This document shows positions 53,209-64,000 of a stretch of 64,000 nucleotides of DNA, in pieces. Origin of the DNA: the human T2T-CHM13v2.0 reference genome, Homo sapiens. A program made the position numbers and the translations under genes. Each line of letters starts with the position of its first letter. Position 1 is the first letter of the stretch. The notes below the pieces were generated by a model that did not search any database, was not told where the DNA came from, and was given only the letters and a program-made list of their open reading frames with translations. The stretch lies in the NCBI RefSeq assembly GCF_009914755.1, contig NC_060942.1; one strand, given 5' to 3'.

Positions 53209-53919
53209 CAAGGGCTGTGATTACATGTTAATCATTTAAATGTTTAGTCCTCTCTTTCAAATCCTCTAAAAACATGCATGGGTAGATGTCAATAGACACA
53301 TAAATATTTATATCACCTATACTATTAATTGATGTTCTTTTTTTCTTCTTTAGCAATGAAATGATGGCACCCTAATTAGGATTCTCTTCATAGACTGACA
53401 TTCTAGTTGTTTTGCTTTTGATTTCTTTTATTTATGTCATACTGCCCTGCCTCACATAATACGACACTGTAGTGATAATATACGCAATTTTGCATTTCAT
53501 TGCAAAATCCAAGAATGATGTAATCTCATGCATTGATAATATAGATTTAAAGAGGTTTTGATAGAGTAAATTTTCTTACAGATGAACATAAACCTTTCAT
53601 TTCTCCTAAGATATTTGTTCACTTTTTATACGTTACTCTTATTTTACGAAGCTTACTTCAGGCTCATATATTTCCAGGTGTTGATTGGCAATAATTCAAA
53701 AGAATGCATTACATTTTAGATGAATAATAAGGAAATTGGCTAGCTCCATTCTGTACTACACTATCTTTTAAATTACTAGCTACAACCACAAACTACTACA
53801 ATCACATTGACAAACACCACTAATTATTTAAGATTTTTCAAACTAAAGCAATTTTCTGCATGAGGGAATAAACTACTTATTTAAATAGCTTTAGAACGGG
53901 GCATCGATACACATCGATA

Positions 53920-54092
53920 TTAATACAAAAATTTTCACTGATAACGTCCTAGCTAATGAGAGAATAATTATTCAAGTACGATAGTATAAAATCAAGAATT
54001 TTCAGGGAAATTATAGAGATAAAAGCATTATATAAGTGCATTCTTTGTAAAGGACCATGCAAAAAAATATTTTTCCCAAATATATATAAATT
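53920..54092 (+). repeat. 173-bp dispersed direct repeat, copy 1
   Basis: Identical to 55332-55504 except aacgtc vs aatgtc. Confidence 0.96.
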
Positions 54093-55331
54093 ATATTGCC
54101 TCCCTCAGAAGAAAAAATGTCCCCCTGTGAAACAAAGTACTTCAAAGCAATTGTCTCTGTACTTGGAAACTTTACTCAGTAGCTTTTATTTTAGTTATTT
54201 GATTTTATTTTACTCTATTTTTGGTATAAACAGCCATATTTAATCTAGCTTTATGTTTCCTGGTTTAAAAGAAAAAAAATAAAAAGCATGTCACCCGATA
54301 TAATAACACTTAACATAACTGTCAATGTAGTAGGGTCTATTGCTTTGGTGGTAAGGCTGCTGTGTGAGAAACTGTAAATCAGGGATTTACACACAATAGT
54401 GAATTTTGCAACAGTTGTATTAGCTTGTACTAACAGGGCAAGAATATGGCTTACCTCTAAGTTATTTATGTTACCAAGGTATTAAAAGACTGTTAAAATA
54501 GTCTTAGCTATTAGTGCCTGCAAAGACTTTTTTCTGTTTTGTCTTTCCTATACAAGCATTCATTGCTTATATATTATCTTGATAATGTTAAAATTTAGTA
54601 AAAATTTCAAGAAAAACATTTAGCAATATGTTAAAAATAATGTAATGTTTTGCTTATGGCAAATTTTAAATCAGTATAAGAATCTCCAGTAAAGAAAAAC
54701 AAAAGCACTGATCAGAAATACTAAAGAAAAGTTGTACCATTTGTAACAGAAATGAGATTATTGTATTAATTATTGTTTTCCCCTGTCGCTGCCATATCCT
54801 TCCCTGTCTTAGAAAATGGCAACTAATTGCTTTCAATGAAGTCACAATGACTTAGACAGTTTAAATAATATTTTAACAAACTATTTTTAAACAAAGCTCA
54901 AATAATCAAGTAACAGAACTATTTTCTATCAGTTCTTTAAAGCATACTTACAGAAAAACAAACAAAACATCAGAGTTCAGTTTGATTTTTAATTTTTTAC
55001 AGTATTGTAAATGTACCTGGGCAACTAGTTTTTGGATCAAGAAATGGAATATTACCGTCATCTCAGAGGCCCATTCTAAAGACTTGCTGAGTGAGAAGTT
55101 ATGAAGGAGTTTAAGGGATGAACAGCCTATTTAAATTAAGATCTTTTTCAGCCCATTTCTCCAAGCAGTGTTTAATTTTGCACAATCAGCACGTTGCACA
55201 TGCACAGCTCTATCTTCATGCATTTCAGTAGTTATCTAAGTGACGGAAACATACTACATTATTAACTCTAGGTACATAATGCAATCACATAATACCACAT
55301 AATCAATTAAATTTAGTGTGGGCCACTAAAT

Positions 55332-55504
55332 TTAATACAAAAATTTTCACTGATAATGTCCTAGCTAATGAGAGAATAATTATTCAAGTACGATAGTATA
55401 AAATCAAGAATTTTCAGGGAAATTATAGAGATAAAAGCATTATATAAGTGCATTCTTTGTAAAGGACCATGCAAAAAAATATTTTTCCCAAATATATATA
55501 AATT
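55332..55504 (+). repeat. 173-bp dispersed direct repeat, copy 2
   Basis: 1412 bp downstream of copy 1; flanked by palindromes. Confidence 0.96.
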
Positions 55505-58356
55505 TTATATATATTATAAATTATATATAATGTCTAGAATAACAAACGTAACATATTGTTTACTACTACCTGGTATCAAAAACCACATTTTTTTTTACTA
55601 GAAAATGATGTTAAGTACTGAGCATTTCCCATGTCACTCAATTTTAATTTTTTGATGCACAAATTAATTTCCTATGTATATCATTGTCACTAATATGGAA
55701 GTTGATATGAGAATATATTTCTTCTTTAACCTATAAAAAATCAATAGATATGAAAATGTTTGAATATTAAGAATACTTTTGTAGAGAGTTTTGCTACCAC
55801 TAAATGCATTTATGAAAATATTTGGAAAAAAATTTAAGTTAAAAAAGCTGAATAAAAACAGAACACCTCCATTTCAGCACTATTTATAATGTAAATTTGT
55901 AGTCATTTTTTTCTCATGGATTCTGCTATAGTTTGTATATAGAATTTTGGAGCATATAAAGTTAAAAAGAAAATAGAAAAAGATTAAGTACTCTCTTGAA
56001 AATAAAAATGTTCAATGCATTAGTTATTTGGGACTTTATATGTTCTGGATGTATTACAATTACGTAGCCAGTGTCATATAATTGTGAGTAAAAGACTGAG
56101 ATATTTTTATTTTTCCTGCACTATACATTCTTATTTAATGAACGTATTCATTATTAGAAAGTATTACCTAATATTGCATTAAAGGCACGATCCTGTGACT
56201 GTCTTTAGGCCAGATCAAAACTGTTTCTCTGTTTCTGCTCAAGAAATGAAATATGTTCAAGGATCAAAAAAAGCAAACAGAACAAAACTGTCTTGCACAC
56301 AAAGAAGAAAGGGCGATGCTCAGGCTTATAGACATTGTTTGGTGACGTTTTCAAGAGATGGACATTTAAAGGGGACCAGTCATTGCACTTGGGGTGTAGA
56401 CGCTGACTTCATTCTTTCCTCTCAATGTTTCCCAAGTAGTGAGTGACCTGCAGCCTGTCCCTCAGCTAGCACCATAGGCAGGTACCCTGTTGATCTCTCA
56501 GGAAAGCTGAGCTCTGTGCTGCTATCCTAAAGTGTTAAGATTAGCTCAGTGATTGGTGTAGACAAATGTTCTCCATCTTGTTATCTCAGGCTCCCCTTGT
56601 TTCATTTCTAAATCAGCACAGCGGTGAACTGAATTTGGTTTGGGAATAACTGGTTAAAACAAGTTAACCTTGCACTTGGTTAAATAAATCAAGCAAATCT
56701 TTCTGACATAGAGTTGAAGTAAGTTGCTAGATTCCTGCTGGGGTTTGCACAAAGTATCTTATGGAAATTTTATGTTATTTTGACTCATTTTTACCATTAT
56801 TGTCTTTATATATAAAATATAAATTTACCTCAAGAACGTCTCATGCATCTGTAATTAGGAAAGCATGATGTCTATGAACATAGACTCTAGAGCTATTCTG
56901 TGCTTTGTTCCAACTCTTCATACCATCACTGATTAGCGCAACTTTAATCAAAGTACTTTACATCTTTTGCTTCTATTTCTTCAACATAAACAGGGTATAA
57001 TAATAGAATGTAAGTCATGTGTTTTCACCAAGTGTATAGGAAGATATTTGACAGAGTTATATAGTGCTATAAAGACATTAATAATAATAACAGATTTATT
57101 AGTGGTAGTATCATTGTGCTGGTTGGTTATGGCAGTTACGGAGGTGGTGATGGCTTTGCAAGACAAATATTCAAATATTACAGAGACTTTTGCTTTAAAC
57201 CACTTTAATATCACCTTAATCTCAATGATATTATAGTCTGAATTATGGACAATTTATTAGAAGACTTGGCTGGACATCAAGCTTTGATGATTTCCCTGCA
57301 CTCCAGACCCCACTTTGATTAGTCAGAGGCACCCAAACTTCTCCTTGCCACTTCTCTGGACTCTCCTTTACTTTTTCTACTGGGTTACTCCTCTAATTAT
57401 TCTTTCAAAGCCTATGTAAAACCAGAACGGTTTAGTTATCCATAGGCAGAGTAGAGATAATTTAGGAAAACCTAATATTTTACTTTAATTACCTAGTCTG
57501 TTAGAAGAGCCTAGTATCAGTAATTATTTATGTGTCAAGGATTAAGTAATTTATATTCTGGGGTCTGAGAGATACGTCTTCATATGAATTCCTACGCTTA
57601 AATCTACCAGAAGTCCTTTTCTTCAAAATAAAAAAAAAATTTAATTTTCGTTTCAAGCAATCGGAATTTAATATACTCAAAACCTAATTTACTCTTCACT
57701 CCACTTGGTTTGTCCAGATAGTCTTCAAGGGAAGCTTTGAATGAGATGATATTTTTTGCTGTTCATCTGGTTTTCCCCAAAAATATGCATTAACATATTT
57801 TAAGATATTAAAGATAATTTTATCACCATTCATATAAGCATTTTGAAATGCTAATTACTGTCTTATAACTTTGATTTATTCTTTAACTTTTAGAAGTTCT
57901 TATAAATATCCATGTTATTAAATTTTATTTAAATGTCAGTTAAAATAATGGAAATGATTCTGAACTTGTCATAATGTACATTATGCAAAGAAAAAACTTA
58001 TTTTGACAATGACATATTAACATTGTTTTTATATATAAAATTTGAACAGAAAAATATACAGTGAGCCAAATAAATTTATTAACAGAATTTTGTCTATGAT
58101 TACTTGAATATACTAAATTTAAAACTGATAAAATGAGCAATATAGAATACAATCAGAATAAAACAAACAATATTAAGGTGCTATTTAAGCTAATGAATTA
58201 CAGGCTAGAATCTTGCCTTTTCCAACTTAGTTGCAATGATTGATTCTAGATGAATAGTCAGAGAATTCTTTCTAAACATCCATATAAACCATGTAGACTT
58301 GATAAATGATAAATCCTTGAATGAAATTAGATACTTAGTGCACTTCTAATACTGCT

Positions 58357-58361
58357 ACACA

Positions 58362-58392
<31 letters not shown>

Positions 58393-58393
58393 G
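58357..58393. repeat. (AC)11(GC)7G alternating purine-pyrimidine tract
   Basis: Read directly from the sequence. Confidence 0.97.
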
Positions 58394-59699
58394 AATTAAC
58401 TGAATGAATTTATTGGCTCATTAACTTTTTTTTTTTTCTTGTTAACAATGACAGCAAACCTTCTGGAGTCTGAACCAGCAACGTAGCACACAATGTAAGT
58501 AAAATAAACTCTGTACATTTAGCCCAAATTATTGTTAACACTTGTTTGGCTTTTATATGTTTCCTTAGGTTCAAAAAATGCTGCTATCACGATGCTTAGG
58601 AGAAGAAAGCCAATTATGGCAATTCTTACCACTTTCTGTGCTTTTTGACAACTTACCTAAACATTGTACATATTTCTGGAATTGTGCATTAGGCATGCTC
58701 AAAACAAATGCATTGCCTAAATTCCAAGCTAAGAAAAACACCAAATGAAATTTACAACATAAAATTGCAAAGGAAGCAATTGTAGTTCCAGAACCGAATT
58801 TAACTCTTTAATAGATAATTCTGTTCATTATCGCACCACCACAATTTTCCAAAGCTACTGTATTAGTTATGAGAATACCATACAATGGAAGTGCTTTTCT
58901 ATCTTTTAAAAATAATTTGTTTTCTTCTGAAATAACAACCTGTTTCAGAAAAGGGTTGTCTCTCAGAAAAAAATAATGGGTTTAAAATATATCAAAAAAT
59001 ATAAAATCGTTTTTGGAGGAACAAGCACAGTGAAGCAAAACACAACATTTCTTTTTTCCTTTTTTCTTATTTTCCACATATACTAAAAATAAATTTGGAA
59101 AAAAGAAATTAAAGTCTTTTTCATGATTGCCTCTCATTCTTGATATTATCCTGGGTTCCTGATAAGACTAGGTGCTCTAAAGCCTGCAGCATAGCTTATG
59201 CTCAGAGAGGAAAGGATTTTAAAGCATGTTATTAGTGGGGAATGATGCAATTTCTTCTCTAGTACATTCTTTGATCTAAATTTCTTTTCTTAAAAAGCCC
59301 ACAGACACCCTATAGTAAAATATAGACAGTAGTAAAAAGTACAAAATAAAGAAAAGCTATAATCTGTGAAAAATTCAAGCACTTTGTTAAGGTACCCTGA
59401 AGTTTTATAGAGATGACCAACTATTTATATGCCAGCAGAGAATTCACTTGCCAGTCAACACTTGAAGGGCTGTGATTTTTCTTTTTCATCTTAGTAAATT
59501 TTTTGTTTCTGTCTACAGCATATTATTTTTAATAATATCAAAAGTATTTCCTATATCAAAAGTAGTTCTCTATTTCTAATTAATGTTTTTGGGGTTGTGC
59601 AGGTACACATCTCAAAATATGTGCTCTAGTAATTGATTGATGAGGAAATATACTGCTTAAACTAACACAAATTCTGTCTCAATTCATACTTTACCATAT

Positions 59700-59850
59700 T
59701 GTTGTTTTCCTGTTCTTTTTCTTTCTCTTCTTCCTCCCTCCTTTTTTTACTTCGTTTGTTCCTTCTTTTTCCCTTTTTCCTACTTCTCTTACTTCCTCCT
59801 CCTCTTCCTTTTGTGGTCTTTTATCTTTCTTTCCCTCATCCTTTTTCTCA
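59700..59850. repeat. CT-rich low-complexity tract
   Basis: Read directly; explains the F/L/S-rich and K/E/R-rich ORFs here. Confidence 0.85.
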
Positions 59851-60634
59851 GATTCTATACAAAAAAAAACCATTCCCTACAAATGTTGACCTTGACAGAG
59901 AAAAAAAGGTCTTCTGTCTCTTGGGAGTTACATATCATACACTGAGAAAGTCTCATTTCCACCTGAGATATTAGGAATCATGTCTCTACACAAAAGAAAC
60001 AGCAGCATTTCCTTTTTTAGGGCCTAGTTTCTTTGGCTTGAGTAGCTGCCAAGTACAAGAGAAATCAGTTTAGGCGCCATAGGGAGTTTTTGGCATCAGA
60101 CTTAACAACTTTAGCCCAAGTTTGCCCTTAAGGGTTGTTCTTCATAGACACTAGTTAAAACAACTTCAAAATCATTTTTCAGTGGAAAGAAACATGTCCT
60201 ACAAATGTCTGCTGAGCATTAACTCGTGAATTGAATGGGTAGAAGCAAGGGTATTTTTGTTGTTGTTGTTAATTGTACCTCCTATAATGGAAGGATTTAA
60301 GGTATAGAGATAATTCTGGCCCTGCCCCAAAGTAGTGACAGGATGAGAAAAGTACAGAATATGATCAAGCTACATAATCCTTTGCTTGTCCCAAGGTGGG
60401 GCTGAGGGGAGTCATCAAAAAGTACAGATGGGACAATACAGTTTGTTGATCCACAGTCCATTTTACACCAGAAATTCCTGAAGCTCAGAGAGTACAAGTC
60501 ATTTGCCATAGGCCAAATAAAAAGAAAATTCTACACTCAGAGCTACGACTCATATATTTCAGTTTTCGGTCTAGTACACATTTGTCAACATCATGGCACG
60601 CCAGCTATTTTATCCGTCATCAAAATATTTCCAG

Positions 60635-61092
60635 TGTCAAAGCAAAAATTACAGCGGACAATGTGAAACAATCCAGGGAGACATTATTTAAGGCTACCAC
60701 AACAGGGGAGAGAGGCCAGAACTGAGTCTGAGTTCAGTTCTGTTGAAACAACAGGCAGCAGGTTTTTAACAACCAGGGTAAAGAGGGTCATGGTGTTTGC
60801 TAATTGGCTTGATAACTTGGAAAAAGGTGCTCACTGAGACTGGGACATGGGAAACCACTCTTGATTGCATTTAAAAAAAAAATGGCCCCCAAATTTTCAA
60901 GAAAGACATCCCTAGGTTGTAAAACTAGCAAAAGCTTTAAATAAATTACATCTCAGAGGATTAGAGAAAGGATTTAAAATTACAAGTTTTCTAAAGTAAA
61001 TGCTCTAAGAAAAGGGAGTAGAGTCAGGAAGAAATCTGTCTAAAGTTTTGTCTGGCTGAGGGGTACCCTATGGCTGTCTAGATCCCCGGCCA
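60635..61092 (-). mobile_element. ERV1-class solo LTR (MER31/MER67-like)
   Basis: tgtcaaag...aggggagagaggccagaact...acaagttttctaaagtaaatgctctaagaaaaggga; TG...CA bounds approximate. Confidence 0.7.
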
Positions 61093-61121
61093 CAGATGAA
61101 ATTATAAACTCAGCTGTATTA

Positions 61122-61499
<378 letters not shown>

Positions 61500-61585
61500 T
61501 TATGAACATCAAGGTCCCTCAAAACAAATTGTAAGTTTGTTTTTTTGTTTTAATAATTGTTCATCGCCTGCATGAGTAGAGATAC

Positions 61586-62552
61586 TGAAGGGGTGGCCTG
61601 CCCCTCCACACCTGTGGGTGTTTCTAGTCGGGTGGGACGACAGACTGAGAAAAGAAAGAGACACAGAGACAAAGTATAGAGCAAGAAAAGTGGGCCCAGG
61701 GGACCAGCGCTCAGCATATGGAGGACCCACACCAGCACCTGTCTCTGAGTTCCCTCAGTATTTATTGATCATTATCTCTACCATATCAGAGAGGGGGATG
61801 TGGCAGGACAATAGGGTAATAGTGGGGAGAGGGTCAGCAGGAAAACATGTGAACAAATGTCTCTGTATCATAAACTAGGTAAAGAAAAAGGTGCTGTGCT
61901 TTCGATGTGCACATACATAAATATCTCAATGTCTTAAAGAGCAGTATTGCCTCCAGCATGTCTCACCTTCAGCCCTAAGGTGGTTTTCTCCTATCTCAGT
62001 AGATGGAATATACAATCCGGTTTTACAGGGAGACGTTCTATTGCCCAGGGACGAGCGGGAGACAGATGCCTTCCTCTTATCTCAACTGCAAAGAGGCCTT
62101 CCTCTTTCACTAATCCTCCTCAGCACAGACCCTTTACAGGTGTCGGGCTGGGGTACGGTCAGGTCTTTCCCTTCCCACGAGGCCATGTTTCAGACTATCA
62201 CATGGGGAGAAACCTTGGACAATACCTGGCTTTCCTAGGCAGAGGTCCCTGCGGCCTTCCGCAGTGTTTTGTGTTCCTGGGTACTTGAGAGTAGGGAGTG
62301 GTGATGACTTTTAACAAGCATGCTGCCTTCAAGCATTTGTTTAACAAAGCACATCCTGCATAGCCCTAAATCCATTAAACCTTGAGTCCACACAGCACAT
62401 GTTTTTGCGAGCACAGGGTTGGGGGTAGGGTTACAGATTAACAGCATCTCAAGGCAGAAGAATTTTTCTTAGTACAGAACAAAATGGAGTCTCTTATGTC
62501 TACTTTCTACATAGACACAGTAACAGTCTGATCTCTCTTTCTTTTCCCCACA
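61586..62552 (-). mobile_element. HERV-K(HML-2) solo LTR, LTR5B-like (not LTR5_Hs)
   Basis: Minus strand starts TGTGGGGAAAAGAAAGAGAGATCAG and ends GGGGCAGGCCACCCCTTCA; 967 bp; perfect TSD GATAC; AATAAA on minus at 61761-61766. Confidence 0.96.
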
Positions 62553-63027
62553 GATACTACAAAACTCCTTCTCATGTCCTCTCACTCCAGCACTTCCATT
62601 CTCCCCACCAATGGCCCTATTTGTTTACTGCCATGTTGCTGTTGCGTTTCACAAGGTTGCTGATTTCTTCTCCAAAGATTTGTTTCCCGGGGGCCTCCCA
62701 GTGTTGTAGAACCTACAGGTTTGTAAAGTAGTCCTGTGTTTTCTTCAGCCTTTAATTTGCTGGAGTCGCATCTTTTTTTGGCTAAGCCTCACGTCACACA
62801 GCGTTGTTCCTACCCTCATGGCCAACTTCCCCCAGGAAAACAAAATCCTAATCATCTGCAGAAAAGCAAAATAGAAAACTAACTTTATCATGAACACATT
62901 CTGAACATAAAGGCACCATGGTGTGGGATTTTGAAAAAAATAAAGGTGGTTTCAGTTGATTACACTAGAAAACTACAGTCCTGAGATCTATATTTAGTCT
63001 GAATAAATTTTATACCCTGCATTGTGA

Positions 63028-63090
63028 TTATATATATATACATATATATATACATATATATATATACATATATATATGTATATATATATA
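63028..63090. repeat. (TA)n microsatellite with CA/TG interruptions
   Basis: Read directly from the sequence. Confidence 0.95.
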
Positions 63091-63544
63091 AAATCATTGT
63101 ATGACAATCATTGGAACTTTAATATTGTACAATGACTTCATTCCCCTTAATTATTACAATTGCTACCACTTACTGATCATTCACTTTAGGTTAAGCCCTG
63201 TTTCAAGGGATTTGCCTGCATCACGCAAGGTGTAGTGTTTATTAGGAATAAAATATTTATAGCAATCATTGGAAAGTGATACTTAACTGAAGTGAAATAA
63301 CAGAATGGTAGGTTGAGAGCCAAGTAACCAGTGTGTGATTGTGGTGTTTTTCTCCATGACACAATGCTCATTTTCTCTTTTCTTGTTTTCCTATTTTCAT
63401 GAAAACTTTAGAATCTTTACTCTGTTACAGAAAATTAGAACCATGGTGTATGAATCAAAATTGATGTGATTGATTGTATGTATCTGTAGAGATATATTAT
63501 AGTTGTTCTCTGCTTTGCTGTGTGTATGTTCTTAAACTGACGCT

Positions 63545-64000
63545 TTCTTTTAAAATTTTCTCCGAACTACAGAAACATTGCAAAGATACTGCAAAAAGTC
63601 TCCACATATTGCCGTCAGATTCTGCTATTATTAAAGCCTTTCATTAGGATGGAATGTTTGTTACAATTAATGAACCAATATATTGATACATCCTTGTTAA
63701 CTAAAGTCCATACTTAATTCAGAATTCCATAGTTTTCACCTAATGTTCTCCTGTTCTATGCTCCCATCTAAGAGTACACATTAATTATGTCTGCTTAGGG
63801 TCTTGTTATCTGTGAGAGTTTCTCAGGCTTTCCTTGTTTTGATGACCTTGAGAATTTTCAGGTGTTCTGGTCACATATTTTGCAGACTTTTCCTTGATTT
63901 GGTTTTACATGATTGCTTTCTCATAATTACACTGGGATTTAGGTTTTTGTAGGAAGACTTCAGTGGTAAGGTACCACTGTCATCTCATCATACCAAGAGA
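63545..64000 (-). mobile_element. L1MC3/4-like 3' end, cut by the window end
   Basis: tttgttacaattaatgaaccaata...ttaactaaagtccatact...tttccttgttttgatgaccttga. Confidence 0.85.

Overview
AT-rich, CpG-depleted primate (human-like) genomic DNA that looks like a gene desert or deep intron. I can support no protein-coding gene, RNA gene or CRISPR-type system; the ORF track is explained by repeats, low complexity or chance. Much of the window is fossil mobile DNA: Alus (J, S, Y), L1s from L1PA to L1ME/HAL1, L2, MIR, MaLR LTRs including a full-length THE1 provirus, a HERV-K(HML-2) LTR5 solo LTR, an ERVL gag remnant and DNA transposons (near full-length Cheshire/MER58 hAT, MER58A, MER6). Subfamily calls were made by eye from remembered consensus sequences and need RepeatMasker/Dfam confirmation. 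I found no novel biological system. The most notable signal is a 173-bp near-perfect dispersed duplication (53920-54092 / 55332-55504) whose second copy has perfect fold-back palindromes at both junctions. Also notable are three 5'-inverted (twin-primed) L1 insertions within about 12 kb.
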